Made by a program: the position numbers and the translations under genes
Source: Eledone cirrhosa
Lineage: Eukaryota
Reading direction: 5' to 3'
Length of the DNA: 64,000 nt
Assembly (NCBI GenBank): GCA_964016885.1
Contig: OZ024744.1
Span: 110,608,001-110,672,000 of the forward strand
The notes under the pieces: generated by a model
The model's input: only the letters and a program-made list of their open reading frames with translations
Told to the model about the DNA's origin: nothing
The model's database searches: none
Shown: positions 1 through 16,600 of the stretch, piece by piece
Layout: the number at the start of each line of letters is the position of its first letter
How positions within the stretch are numbered: the first letter of the stretch is position 1

Positions 1-899
1 AAAACTACACAATCCACTATAACTTACCTTCCTTTGAACACAGTAAATCTATATAATCCACTATGGCTAACCTTGCCCTGAATACTGTAAAACTACACAA
101 TCCACTATAACTTACCTTGCTCTGAACACAGTAAAACTACACAACCCACTATAACTTACCTTGCCCTGAACATAGTAAAACTACACAATCCACTATAACT
201 TACCTTGCTCTGAACAGATTAAAACTACACAATCTACTATAATTTACCTTGCCCTGAACACAGTAAAAGTACATAATCCACTATAACTTACCTTGCCCTG
301 AACACAGTAAAACTACATAATCCACTATAACTTAACTTGCCCTGAACACAGTAAAACTACACAACCCTCTATAACTTACCTTGCTCTGTACACAGTAAAA
401 CTACACAATTCACTTTAACTTACCTTGCTCTGAACACAGTAAAACTACATAATCCACTATAACTTACCTTTCCCTGAACACAGTAAAACTACACAATCCA
501 CTATAACTTACCTTGCCTGAACACAGTAAAACGACACAATCTACTATAAATTACGTTGCTCTGAACACACTAAAACTACACAATTTTCTATAACTTACCT
601 TGCCCTGAACACAGTAAAACTACACAATCCACTATAACTTACCTTGCTCTGAACACAGTAACACTACACAATCCACTATAACTTACCTTGCCCTGAACAC
701 AGTAAAACTACACAATCCATTATAACTTACCTTGCCCTGAACACAGTAAAACTACACAATCCACTCTAACTTACCTTGCTCTGAACACAGTAAAACTACA
801 CAATCTACTATAACATACCTTGCCCTGAACACAGTAAAACTACATAATCCACTATAACTTACCATGCCTGAACACAGTAAAACTACACAATCCACTATA

Positions 900-914
900 A
901 CTTACCTTGCCCTG
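900..914 (-). other. Representative splice-signal motif of the monomer: CAG acceptor (914-912), 6-nt GGCAAG (911-906), GTAAGT donor (905-900); sequence motif only, use unproven
   Basis: Plus strand ACTTAC-CTTGCC-CTG is minus strand CAG|GGCAAG|GTAAGT. This matches the established U2-type consensus YAG|G and MAG|GTAAGT. Confidence 0.4.
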
Positions 915-2899
915 AACACAGTAAAATTACACAATCCACTATAACTTACCTTGCTCTGAACACAGTAAAACTACACAACCCACTATAACTTACCTTGCCC
1001 TGAACACAGTAAAACTACACAATCCACTATAACTTACCTTGCCCTGAACACAGTAAAACTACATAATCCACTATAACTTACCTTGCCCTGAACACAGTAA
1101 AATTACACAATCCACTATAACTTACCTTGCCCTGAACACAGTAAAACTACACAATCCACTATAACTTACCTTGCTCTGAACAGAGTAAAACAACGCAACC
1201 CACTATAATTTACCTTGCTCTGAACACAATAAAACTATATAATCCACTATTGCTTACCTTGCCCTGAACACAGTAAAACTACACAATCCACTATAACTTA
1301 CCTTGCTCTGAACAGAGTAAAACTACACAACCCGCTATAATTTACCTTGCCCTGAACACAGTAAGACTACATAATCCCCTATAACTTACCTTGCTCTGAA
1401 CAGAGTAAAACTACACAACCCACTATAACTTACCTTGACCTGAACACAGTAACACTACATTATCCACTATAACTTACCTTGCTCTGAACACAGTAAAACT
1501 ATATAATCCACTATTGCTTACCTTGCCCTGAACAGAGTAAAACTACACAATCCACTATAACTTACCTTGCTCTGAACAGAGTAAAACTACACAACCCGCT
1601 ATAACTTACCTTCCCTGAACACAATAAAACTACACAATCCACTATAACTTACCTTGCTCTGAACAGAGTAAAACTACACAACCCACTATAACTTACCTTG
1701 CCCTGAACACAGTAAAAGTACATAATCCACTATAGCTTACCTTGCCCTGAAAACAGTAGAACTACACAATCCACTATAAATTACCTTGCTCTGAACACAG
1801 TAAAACTACGCGATCCACTATAACTTACCTTGCTCTGAACAAAGGAAACTACACAATCCACTATAACTTACCTTGCTCTGAACAAAGGAAACTACACAAT
1901 ACACTATAACTTAACTGGCCCTGAACACGGTAAAACTACACAATCCACTATAACTTAACTGGCCCTGAACACAGTAAAACTACACAATCCACTATAAGTT
2001 ACCTTGCTCTGAACACAGTAAAACTACACAATCCTCTATAAATTAACTGGCCCTTAACACAGAAAAACTACACAATCCAATATAACTTACCTTGCCCTGA
2101 ACACAGTAAAACTACACAATCCACTATAACTTACCTTGCACTGAACACAGTAAAACTACACAATCCACTATAACTTACCTTGCCCTGGACACAGTAAAAC
2201 TACACAATCCACTATAAGTTACTTTGGCCTGAATACAGTAAAACTACACAATCCACTATAACTTACCTTGCTCTGACCACAGTAAAACTACACAATCCAC
2301 TATACCTTACCTTGCCCTGAACACAGTAAAACTACACAATCTACTATAACTTACCTTGCCCTGAACACAGGAAAACTACACAATCCACTATAACTTACCT
2401 TGCCCTGAACACAGTAAAACTATACAATCCGCTATTACTTACCTTGCCCTGAACACAGTAATACTACGCAATCCACTATAACTTACTTTGCCCTGAACAC
2501 AGTAAAACTAGACAATCCACTATAACTTACCTTGCCCTGATCACAGTAAAACTACATAATCCACTGTAACTTACCTTGCCCTGAACACAGTAAAACTACA
2601 CAACCCACTATAACTTACCTTGCCCTGAACACAGTAAAACTACACGATCCACTATAGCTTACCTTGCCCTGAACACAGTAAAACTACATAATCCACTATA
2701 ACTTACCATGCCCTGAACACAGTAAAACTACACAATCCACTATAACTCACCTTCCCCCGAACACAGTAAAACTACATAATCCACTATAACTTACCTTGCT
2801 CTGAACACAGTAAAACTATATAATCCACTATTGCTTACCTTGCCCTGAACACAGTAAAACTACACAATCCACTATAACTTACCTTGCTCTGAACACAGT

Positions 2900-3690
2900 A
2901 AAACTACACAATCCACTATAACTTACCTTCCTTTGAAAACAGTAAATCTAAATAATCCACTATGGCTTACCTTGCCCTGAACACAGTAAAACTACACAAT
3001 CCACTATAACTTATCTTCTCTGAACACAGTAAAACTACACAACGCACTATAACTTACCTTGCCCTGAACACAGTAAAACTACACAATCCACTATAACTTA
3101 CCTTGCTCTGAACAGAGTAAAACTACACAATCTACTATAATTTACCTTGCCTTGAACACAGTAAAACTACACAATCCACTATAACTTAACTTGCTCTGAA
3201 TAGAGTAAAACTACACAACCCACTATAACTTACCTTGCCCTGAACACAGTAAAACTACATAATCCACTATAACTTACCTTGCCCTGAACACAGTAAAACT
3301 ACACAACCCTCTATAACTTACCTTGCTCTGAACACAGTAAAACTACACAATCCACTTTAACTTACCTTGCTCTGAACACAGTAAAACTACATAATCCACT
3401 ATAACTTACCTTGCACTGAACACAGTAAAACTAACACAATCCACTATAACTTACCTTGCCTGAACACAGTAAAACGACACAATCTACTATAAATTACATT
3501 GCCCTAAACACACTAAAACTACACAATTTTCTATAACTTATCTTGCCCTGAACACAGTAAAACTACACAATCCACTGTAACTTACCTTGCTCTGAACACA
3601 GTAACACTATACAATCCACTATAACTTACCTTGCCCTGAACACAGTAAAACTACATAATCCACTATAACTTACCTTGCTCTGAACACAGT
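2900..3690. repeat. Older, diverged ~18-monomer copy of the segment starting at 1 and 3691
   Basis: CCTTTGAA..AAATCTA..TATGGCT at 2930 versus 31 and 3721. ACGACACAATCTACTATAAATTAC..CAATTTTCT at 3474 versus 531. Several substitutions and one extra monomer. Confidence 0.8.
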
Positions 3691-6600
3691 AAAACTACAC
3701 AATCCACTATAACTTACCTTCCTTTGAACACAGTAAATCTATATAATCCACTATGGCTAACCTTGCCCTGAATACTGTAAAACTACACAATCCACTATAA
3801 CTTACCTTGCTCTGAACACAGTAAAACTACACAACCCACTATAACTTACCTTGCCCTGAACATAGTAAAACTACACAATCCACTATAACTTACCTTGCTC
3901 TGAACAGATTAAAACTACACAATCTACTATAATTTACCTTGCCCTGAACACAGTAAAAGTACATAATCCACTATAACTTACCTTGCCCTGAACACAGTAA
4001 ACTACATAATCCACTATAACTTAACTTGCCCTGAACACAGTAAAACTACACAACCCTCTATAACTTACCTTGCTCTGTACACAGTAAAACTACACAATTC
4101 ACTTTAACTTACCTTGCTCTGAACACAGTAAAACTACATAATCCACTATAACTTACCTTTCCCTGAACACAGTAAAACTACACAATCCACTATAACTTAC
4201 CTTGCCTGAACACAGTAAAACGACACAATCTACTATAAATTACGTTGCTCTGAACACACTAAAACTACACAATTTTCTATAACTTACCTTGCCCTGAACA
4301 CAGTAAAACTACACAATCCACTATAACTTACCTTGCTCTGAACACAGTAACACTACACAATCCACTATAACTTACCTTGCCCTGAACACAGTAAAACTAC
4401 ACAATCCATTATAACTTACCTTGCCCTGAACACAGTAAAACTACACAATCCACTCTAACTTACCTTGCTCTGAACACAGTAAAACTACACAATCTACTAT
4501 AACATACCTTGCCCTGAACACAGTAAAACTACATAATCCACTATAACTTACCATGCCTGAACACAGTAAAACTACACAATCCACTATAACTTACCTTGCC
4601 CTGAACACAGTAAAATTACACAATCCACTATAACTTACCTTGCTCTGAACACAGTAAAACTACACAACCCACTATAACTTACCTTGCCCTGAACACAGTA
4701 AAACTACACAATCCACTATAACTTACCTTGCCCTGAACACAGTAAAACTACATAATCCACTATAACTTACCTTGCCCTGAACACAGTAAAATTACACAAT
4801 CCACTATAACTTACCTTGCCCTGAACACAGTAAAACTACACAATCCACTATAACTTACCTTGCTCTGAACAGAGTAAAACAACGCAACCCACTATAATTT
4901 ACCTTGCTCTGAACACAATAAAACTATATAATCCACTATTGCTTACCTTGCCCTGAACACAGTAAAACTACACAATCCACTATAACTTACCTTGCTCTGA
5001 ACAGAGTAAAACTACACAACCCGCTATAATTTACCTTGCCCTGAACACAGTAAGACTACATAATCCCCTATAACTTACCTTGCTCTGAACAGAGTAAAAC
5101 TACACAACCCACTATAACTTACCTTGACCTGAACACAGTAACACTACATTATCCACTATAACTTACCTTGCTCTGAACACAGTAAAACTATATAATCCAC
5201 TATTGCTTACCTTGCCCTGAACAGAGTAAAACTACACAATCCACTATAACTTACCTTGCTCTGAACAGAGTAAAACTACACAACCCGCTATAACTTACCT
5301 TCCCTGAACACAATAAAACTACACAATCCACTATAACTTACCTTGCTCTGAACAGAGTAAAACTACACAACCCACTATAACTTACCTTGCCCTGAACACA
5401 GTAAAAGTACATAATCCACTATAGCTTACCTTGCCCTGAAAACAGTAGAACTACACAATCCACTATAAATTACCTTGCTCTGAACACAGTAAAACTACGC
5501 GATCCACTATAACTTACCTTGCTCTGAACAAAGGAAACTACACAATCCACTATAACTTACCTTGCTCTGAACAAAGGAAACTACACAATACACTATAACT
5601 TAACTGGCCCTGAACACGGTAAAACTACACAATCCACTATAACTTAACTGGCCCTGAACACAGTAAAACTACACAATCCACTATAAGTTACCTTGCTCTG
5701 AACACAGTAAAACTACACAATCCTCTATAAATTAACTGGCCCTTAACACAGAAAAACTACACAATCCAATATAACTTACCTTGCCCTGAACACAGTAAAA
5801 CTACACAATCCACTATAACTTACCTTGCACTGAACACAGTAAAACTACACAATCCACTATAACTTACCTTGCCCTGGACACAGTAAAACTACACAATCCA
5901 CTATAAGTTACTTTGGCCTGAATACAGTAAAACTACACAATCCACTATAACTTACCTTGCTCTGACCACAGTAAAACTACACAATCCACTATACCTTACC
6001 TTGCCCTGAACACAGTAAAACTACACAATCTACTATAACTTACCTTGCCCTGAACACAGGAAAACTACACAATCCACTATAACTTACCTTGCCCTGAACA
6101 CAGTAAAACTATACAATCCGCTATTACTTACCTTGCCCTGAACACAGTAATACTACGCAATCCACTATAACTTACTTTGCCCTGAACACAGTAAAACTAG
6201 ACAATCCACTATAACTTACCTTGCCCTGATCACAGTAAAACTACATAATCCACTATAACTTACTCCACTTGCCCTGAACACAGTAAAACTACATAATCCA
6301 CTATAACTTACTCCACTTGCCCTAAACACAGTAAAACTACACAATCCACCATAACTTATCTTGCACTGAACACAGTAAAACTTCACAATCCACTATAACT
6401 AACCTTGCCCTGAACACAGTAAAACTACACAATCCACTTTAAATTACCTTGCTCTGAACACAGTAAAACTACACAATACACTATAAATTACCTTGCTCTG
6501 AACACAGTAAAACTACACAACCCACTATAACTTAACTGGCCCTGAACACAGTAAACTACAGAATCCACTATAACTTACCTTGCCCTGAACACAGTAAAAC

Positions 6601-9600
6601 TACACAACCCACTATAACTTAACTGGCCCTGAACACAGTAAACTACACAATCCACTATAACTTACCTTGCCCAGAACAAAGTAAAACTACGTAATCCACT
6701 ATACCTTACCTTGCCCTGAACACAGTAAAACTACACAATCCACTATAGCTTACCTTGCCCTGAAAACAGTAGAACTACACAATCCACTATAAATTACATT
6801 GCTCTGAACACAGTAAAACTACACAATCCACTATAACTTGCTCTGCCATGAACACAGTAAAACTACACAATCCACTATAACTGAACTGGCCCTGAACACA
6901 GTAAAACTACACAATCCACTATAACTCAACTGGCCCTGAACACAGTAAAACTACACAATCCACTATAAGTTACCTTGCTCTGAACACAGTAAAACTACAC
7001 AATCCACTATAACTTAACTGGCCCTGAACACAGTAAAACTACACAATCCACTATAACTTACCTTGCCCTGAACACAGTAAAACTACACAATCCACTATAA
7101 CTTACCTTGCACTGAACAAAGTAAAACTACACAATCCACTATAACTTACCTTGCCCTGAACACAGTAAATCTACACAATCCACTATAACTTACTTTGCCC
7201 TGAATACAGTAAAACTACACAATCCACTATAACTTACCTTGCTCTGAACACAGTAAAACTACACAATCCACTATACCTTACCTTGCACTGAACACAGTAA
7301 AACTACACAATCTACTATAACTAACCTCTCCCTGAACACAGTAAAACTACACAATCCACTATAACTTACCTTGCCCTGAACACAGTAAAACTACACAATC
7401 CACTTTTACTTACTTTGCCCTGAACACAGTAAAACTACACAATCCACTATAACTTACCTTGCCGTGAACACAGTAAAACTACACAATCCACTATAACTTA
7501 CCTTGCCCTGAACACAGTAATACTACACAATCCACTATAGCTTACCTTGCACTGAACACAGTAAAACTACATAAACCACTATAACTTACCTTGCCTTGAT
7601 CACAGTAAAACTACATAATCCACTATAACTTACTCCACTTGCCCTAAACACAGTAAAACTACACGATCCACTATAACTTATCTTGCACTGAACACAGTAA
7701 AACTTCACAATCCACTATAACTTACCTTGCCCTGAACACAATAAAACTACACAATCCACTGTAAATTACCTTGACCTGAACACATTAAAACTACACAAAC
7801 CACTATAAATTACCTTGCTCTAAGCACAGTAAAACTCCGTAATCCACTATAGCTTACCTTGACCTGAAAACAGTAGAACTACACAATCCACTATAAATTA
7901 CCTTGCTCTGAACACAGTAAACTACACAATCCACTATAACTTACTTTGCCATGAACACAGTAAAACTTCCCAATCAACTATGACTTACCTTGCACTGAAC
8001 ACAGTAAAACTACACAATCCACTATAAATTACCTTACTCTGAACACAGTAAAACTACACAATCCACTATAACTTACCTTGCCCTGAACAGAGTAAAACTA
8101 CACAATCCACTATAACATACTTTGCCCTGAACACATTAAAACTACACAAACCACTATAAATTACCTTGCTCTAAACACAATAAAACTCCATAATCCACTA
8201 TAACTTAACTGGCCCTGAACACAGTAAAACTACACAATCCACTATAACTTACTTTGCCCAGAACACATTAAAACTACACAAACCACTATAAATTACCTCG
8301 CTCTAAACACAGTAAAACTTTATAATCCACTATAACTTAACTGGCCCTGAACACAGTAAAACTACACAATCCACTATAACTTAACTGGCCCTCAACACAT
8401 TAAAACTACACAAACCACTATAAATTACCTTGCTCTAAACACAGTAAAACTTTATAATCCACTATAACTTAACTGGCCCTGAACACAGTAAAACTACACA
8501 ATCCACTATAACTTAACTGGCCCTGAACACAGTAAAACTACACAATCCACTATAACATACTTTGCCCTGAACACATTAAAACTACACAAACCACTATAAA
8601 TTACCTTGCTCTAAACACAGTAAAACTTTATAATCCACTATAACTTAACTGGCCCTCAACACAGTAAAACTACACAATCCACTATAAGTTACCTTGCTCT
8701 GAACACAGTAAAACTACACAATCCACTATAACTTAACTGGCCCTGAACACAGTAAAACTACACAATCCACTATAACATACTTTGCCCTAAACACATTAAA
8801 ACTACACAAACCACTATAAATTACCTTGCTCTAAACACAGTAAAACTACATAATCCACTATAACTTACCTTGCCCTGAACACAGTAAAACTACACAATCC
8901 ACTATAACTTAACTGGCCCTGAACACACTAAACTACAGAATCCACTATAACTTAACTGGCCCTGAACACAGTAAAACTACACAATCCACTATAACTTAAC
9001 TGACCCTGAACACAGTAATACTGTACAATCCACTATAACTTACTTTGCCCTGAACACAGTAAAACTACATAATCCACTATAACCTACCTTGCCCTGATCA
9101 CAGTAAAACTACATAATCCACTATAACTTACATTGCCCTGAACAGAGTAAAACTACACAAACCACTATAAATTACCTTGCACTGAACACAGTAAAACTTC
9201 ACAATCCACTATAACTTACTTTGCCCTGAACACAGAAAAACTACACAATCCACTATAACTCAACTGGCCCTGAACACAGTAAAACTACATAATCCACTAT
9301 AACTTACCTTGCCCAGAACAAAGTAAAACTACGTAATCCACTATACCTTACCTTGCCCTGAACACAGTAAAACTACACAATCCACTATAACTTACCTTGC
9401 TCTGAACACAGTAAAACTACACAATCCACTATAGCTTATGTTGCTCTGAACACAGTAAAACTACACAATCCACTATAACTTACCTTGCCCTGAAAACAGT
9501 AGAACTACACAATCCACTATAAATTACCTTGTTCTGAACACAGTAAAACTACACAATCCACTATAAATTACTTTGCCATGAACACAGTAAAACTACACAA

Positions 9601-10699
9601 TCCACTATAACTTACCTTACACTGAACACAGTAAAACTACACAATCCACTCTAAATTACCTTGCCCTGAACACAGTAAAACTACACAATCCACTATAAAT
9701 TACCTTGCTCTAAACACAGTAAAACTTTATAATCCACTATAACTTAACTGGCCCTGAACACAGTAAATCTACACAATCCACTATAATTTAACTGGCCCTG
9801 AACACAGTAAAACTACACAATCCACTCTAAGTTACCTTGCTCTGAACACAGTAAAACTACACAATCCACTATAACTTAACTGGCCCTGAACACAGTAAAA
9901 CTACACAATCCACTATAAATTACCTTGCTCTGAACACAGTAAAACTACACAATCCACTATAACTTACCTTGCCCTGAACAGAGTAAAACTACACTATCCA
10001 CTATAACTTACATTGCCCTGAACACAGTAAAACTACACAAACCACTATAAATTACCTTGCCCTGAACACAGTAAAACTACACAATCCACTATAATTAACC
10101 TTGCCCTGAACACAGTAAAACTACACAATCCACTATAACTTACTTTGCCCTGAACACAGTAAAACTACACGATCCACTATAAATTACCTTGCTCTGAACA
10201 CAGTAAAACTACACAATCCACTATAACTTAACTGGTCCTGAACACAGTAAAACTACACAATCCACTATAACTTAACTGGTCCTGAACACAGTAAAACTAC
10301 ACAATCCACTATAACTTAACTGGCCCTGAACACACTAAACTACAGAATCCACTATAACTTACTTTGCTCTGAACAAAGGAAACTACACAATCCACTATAA
10401 CTTAACTGGCCCTGACCACAGTAAAACAACACAATCCACTATAACTGAACTGGCCCTGAACACAGTAAAACTACACAATCCACTATAACTTAACTGGCCC
10501 TGAACACAGTAAAACTACACAATCCACTATAACTTAACTGGCCCTGAACACAGTAATACTACACAACCCACTATAACTTACTTTGCCCTGAACACAGTAA
10601 AACTACATAATCCACTATAACCTACCTTGCCCTGATCACAGTAAAACTACATAATCCACTATAACTTACTCCACTTGCCCTAAACACAGTAAAACTACA

Positions 10700-13600
10700 C
10701 AATCCACTATAACTTATCTTGCACTGAACACAGTAAAACTTCACAATCCACTATAACTTACCTTGCCCTGAACACAGTAAAACTACACAATCCACTATAA
10801 ATTCCCTTGCCCTGAACACAGTAAAACTACACAATCCACTATAACTTACCTTGCCCAGAACAAAGTAAAACTACGTAATCCACTATACCTTACCTTGCCC
10901 TGAACACAGTAAAACTACACAATCCACTATAGCTTACATTGCTCTGAACACAGTAAAACTACACAATCCACTATAGCTTACCTTGCCCTGAAAACAGTAG
11001 TACTACACAATCCACTATAAATTACCTTGTTCTGAACACAGTAAAACTACACAATCCCCTATAACGTACCTTGCTCTGAACACAGTAAAACTACACAATC
11101 CACTATAAATTACCTTGTTCTGAACACAGTAAAACTACACAATCCACTATAAATTACCTTGTTCTGAACACAGTAAAACTACACAATCCACTATAACTTA
11201 ATTGGCCCTGAACACAGTAAAACTACACAATCCACTATAACTTAACTGGCCCTGAACACACTAAACTACAGAATCCACTATAACTTAACTGGCCCTGAAC
11301 ACAGTAAAACTACACAATCCACTATAACTTAACTGGCCCTGAACACAGAAATACTACACAATCCACTATAACTTACTTTGCCCTGAACACAGTAAAACTA
11401 CATAATCCACTATAACCTACCTTGCCCTGATCACAGTAAAACTAAATAATCCACTATAACTTACATTGCCCTGAACACAGTAAAACTACACAAACCACTA
11501 TAAATTACCTTGCACTGAACACAGTAAAACTTCACAATCCACTATAACTTACTTTGCCCTGAACACAGAAAAACTACACAATCCACTATAACTCAACTGG
11601 CCCTGAACACAGTAAACTACAGAATCCACTATAATTTACCTTGCCCAGAACAAAGTAAAACTACGTAATCCACTATACCTTACCTTGCCCTGAACACAGT
11701 AAAACTACACAATCCACTATAACTTACTCCACTTGCCCTAAACACAGTAAAACTACACAATCCACTATAACTTATCTTGCACTGAACACAGTAAAACTTC
11801 ACAATCCACTATAACTTACTTTGCCCTGAACACAGAAAAACTACACAATCCACTATAACTCAACTGGCCCTGAACACAGTAAACTACAGAATCCACTATA
11901 ACTTACCTTGCCCAGAACAAAGTAAAACTACGTAATCCACTATACCTTACCTTGCCCTGAACACAGTAAAACTACACAATCCACTATAGCTTACCTTGCT
12001 CTGAACACAGTAAAACTACACAATCCACTATAGCTTACGTTGCTCTGAACACAGTAAAACTACACAATCCACTATAACTTACCTTGCCCTGAAAACAGTA
12101 GAACTACACAATCCACTATAAATTACCTTGTTCTGAACACAGTAAAACTACACAATCCACTATAACTTACTTTGCCATGAACACAGTAAAACTACACAAT
12201 CCACTCTAAATTACCTTGCCCTGAACACAGTAAAACTACACAATCCACTATAAATTACTTTGCCCTGAACACATTAAAACTACACAAACCACTATAAATT
12301 ACCTTGCTCTAAACACAGTAAAACTTTATAATCCACTATAACTTAACTGGCCCTGAACACAGTAAATCTACACAATCCACTATAATTTAACTGGCCCTGA
12401 ACACAGTAAAACTACACAATCCACTATAAGTTACATTGCTCTGAACACAGTAAAACTACACAATCCACTATAACTTAACTGGCCCTGAACACAGTAAAAC
12501 TACACAATCCACTATAACTTACCTTGCCCTGAACAGAGTAAAACTACACTATCCACTATAACTTACATTGCCCTGAACACAGTAAAACTACACAAACCAC
12601 TACAAATTACCTTGCCCTGAACACAGTAAAACTACACAATCCACTATAATTAACCTTGCCCTGAACACAGTAAAACTACACAATCCACTATAACTTACTT
12701 TGCCCTGAACACAGTAAAACTACACAATCCACTATAAATTACCTTGCTCTGAACACAGTAAAACTACACAATCCACTATAACTTAACTGGTCCTGAACAC
12801 AGTAAAACTACACAATCCACTATAACTTAACTGGCCCTGAACACACTAAACTACAGAATCCACTATAACTTACTTTGCTCTGAACAATGGAAACTACACA
12901 ATCCACTATAACTTAACTGGCCCTGACCACAGTAAAACAACACAATCCACTATAACTGAACTGGCCCTGAACACAGTAAAACTACACAATCCACTATAAC
13001 TTAACTGGCCCTGAACACAGTAATACTACACAACCCACTATAACTTACTTTGCCCTGAACACAGTAAAACTACATAATCCACTATAACCTACCTTGCCCT
13101 GATCACAGTAAAACTACATAATCCACTATAACTTACTCCACTTGCCCTAAACACAGTAAAACTAAACAATCCACTATAACTTATCTTGCACTGAACACAG
13201 TAAAACTTCACAATCCACTATAACTTACCTTGCCCTGAACACAGTAAAACTACACAATCCACTATAAATTCCCTTGCCCTGAACACAGTAAAACTACACA
13301 ATCCACTCTAACTTACCTTGCCCAGAACAAAGTAAAACTACGTAATCCACTATACCTTACCTTGCCCTGAACACAGTAAAACTACACAATCCACTATAGC
13401 TTACATTGCTCTGAACACAGTAAAACTACACAATCCACTATAGCTTACCTTGCCCTGAAAACAGTAGAACTACACAATCCACTATAAATTACCTTGTTCT
13501 GAACACAGTAAAACTACACAATCCACTATAACGTACCTTGCTCTGAACACAGTAAAACTACACAATCCACTATAACTTACTTTGCCATGAACACAGTAAA

Positions 13601-16600
13601 ACTACACAATCCACTATAAATTACCTTGTTCTGAACACAGTAAAACTACATAATCCACTATAACTTACATTGCCCTGAACACAGTAAAACTACACTAACC
13701 ACTATAAATTACCTTGCACTGAACACAGTAAAACTTCACAATCCACTATAACTTACTTTGCCCTGAACACAGAAAAACTACACAATCCACTATAACTCAA
13801 CTGGCCCTGAACACAGTAAACTACAGAATCCACTATAACTTACCTTGCCCAGAACAAAGTAAAACTACGTAATCCACTATACCTTACCTTGCCATGAACA
13901 CAGTAAAACTACACAATCCACTATAACTTACTCCACTTGCCCTAAACACAGTAAAACTACACAATCCACTATAACTTATCTTGCACTGAACACAGTAAAA
14001 CTTCACAATCCACTATAACTTACTTTGCCCTGAACACAGAAAAACTACACAATCCACTATAACTCAACTGGCCCTGAACACAGTAAACTACAGAATCCAC
14101 TATAACTTACCTTGCCCAGAACAAAGTAAAACTACGTAATCCACTATACCTTACCTTGCCCTGAACACAGTAAATCTACACAATCCACTATAGCTTACCT
14201 TGCTCTGAACACAGTAAAACTACACAATCCACTATAGCTTACGTTGCTCTGAACACAGTAAAACTACATAATCCACTATAACCTACCTTGCCCTGATCAC
14301 AGTAAAACTACATAATCCACTATAACTTACTCCACTTGCCCTAAACACAGTAAAACTACACAATCCACTATAACTTATCTTGCACTGAACACAGTAAAAC
14401 TTCACAATCCACTATAACTTACCTTGCCCTGAACACAGTAAAACTACACAATCCACTATAAATTCCCTTGCCCTGAACACAGTAAAACTACACAATCCAC
14501 TATAACTTACCTTGCCCAGAACAAAGTAAAACTACGTAATCCACTATACCTTACCTTGCCCTGAACACAGGAAAACTACACAATCCACTATAAATTACCT
14601 TGTTCTGAACACAGTAAAACTACATAATCCACTATAACTTACATTGCCCTGAACACAGTAAAACTACACTAACCACTATAAATTACCTTGCACTGAACAC
14701 AGTAAAACTTCACAATCCACTATAACTTACTTTGCCCTGAACACAGAAAAACTACACAATCCACTATAACTCAACTGGCCCTGAACACAGTAAACTACAG
14801 AATCCACTATAACTTACCTTGCCCAGAACAAAGTAAAACTACGTAATCCACTATACCTTACCTTGCCCTGAACACAGTAAAACTACACAATCCACTATAG
14901 CTTACGTTGCTCTGAACACAGTAAAACTACATAATCCACTATAACCTACCTTGCCCTGATCACAGTAAAACTACATAATCCACTATAACTTACTCCACTT
15001 GCCCTAAACACAGTAAAACTACACAATCCACTATAACTTATCTTGCACTGAACACAGTAAAACTTCACAATCCACTATAACTTACCTTGCCCTGAACACA
15101 GTAAAACTACACAATCCACTATAACTCAACTGGCCCTGAACACAGTAAACTACAGAATCCACTATAACTTACCTTGCTCAGAACAAAGTAAAACTACGTA
15201 ATCCACTATACCTTACCTTGCCCTGAACAGAGTAAAACTACACAATCCACTATAGCTTACCTTGCTCTGAACACAGTAAAACTACACAATCCACTATAGC
15301 TTACGTTGCTCTGAACACAGTAAAACTACACAATCCACTATAACTTACCTTGCCCTGAAAACAGTAGAACTACACAATCCACTATAAATTACCTTGTTCT
15401 GAACACAGTAAAACTACACAATCCACTATAACTTACTTTGCCATGAACACAGTAAAACTACACAATCCACTATAACTTACCTTGCACTGAACACAGTAAA
15501 ACTACACAATCCACTCTAAATTACCTTGCCCTGAACACAGTAAAACTACACAATCCACTATAAATTACTTTGCCCTGAACACATTAAAACTACACAAACC
15601 ACTATAAATTACCTTGCTCTAAACACAGTAAAACTTTATAATCCACTATAACTTAACTGGCCCTGAACACAGTAAATCTACACAATCCACTATAATTTAA
15701 CTGGCCCTGAACACAGTAAAACTACACAATCCACTATAAGTTACCTTGCTCTGAACACAGTAAAACTACACAATCCACTATAACTTAACTGGCCCTGAAC
15801 ACAGTAAAACTACACAATCCACTATAACTTACCTTGCCCTGAACAGAGTAAAACTACACTATCCACTATAACTTACATTGCCCTGAACACAGTAAAACTA
15901 CACAAACCACTACAAATTACCTTGCCCTGAACACAGTAAAACTACACAATCCACTATAATTAACCTTGCCCTGAACACAGTAAAACTACACAATCCACTA
16001 TAACTTACTTTGCCCTGAACACAGTAAAACTACACAATCCACTATAAATTACCTTGCTCTGAACACAGTAAAACTATACAATCCACTATAACTTAACTGG
16101 TCCTGAACACAGTAAAACTACACGATCCACTATAACTTAACTGGTCCTGAACACAGTAAAACTACACAATCCACTATAACTTAACTGGCCCTGAACACAC
16201 TAAACTACAGAATCCACTATAACTTACTTTGCTCTGAACAAAGGAAACTACACAATCCACTATAACTTAACTGGCCCTGACCACAGTAAAACAACACAAT
16301 CCACTATAACTGAACTGGCCCTGAACACAGTAAAACTACACAATCCACTATAACTTAACTGGCCCTGAACACAGTAAAACTACACAATCCACTATAACTT
16401 AACTGGCCCTGAACACAGTAATACTACACAACCCACTATAACTTACTTTGCCCTGAACACAGTAAAACTACATAATCCACTATAACCTACCTTGCCCTGA
16501 TCACAGTAAAACTACATAATCCACTATAACTTACTCCACTTGCCCTAAACACAGTAAAACTAAACAATCCACTATAACTTATCTTGCACTGAACACAGTA

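Larger units (their letters stand above)
1..6254. repeat. Higher-order tandem duplication, period 3,690/3,689 bp (~84 monomers): copy 1 = 1-3690, partial copy 2 = 3691-~6254
   Basis: Rare variant CCTTTGAACACAGTAAATCTATATAATCCACTATGGCTAACC at 31 and 3721. Later private variants recur at the same offset (CTGATCACAG, T at 2541 and 6230). One A is lost near 4000. Identity breaks at ~6255. Confidence 0.93.

Noticed and set aside
912-921. Hairpin or palindrome CTG-AACA-CAG
   Set aside because: A stem of 3-4 bp is expected by chance and would be unstable.
917-960. RAG recombination signal (CACAGTA resembles heptamer CACAGTG)
   Set aside because: No ACAAAAACC-like nonamer at 12- or 23-bp spacing; the sequences there are CCACTATAA and a TACCTTG-type motif.
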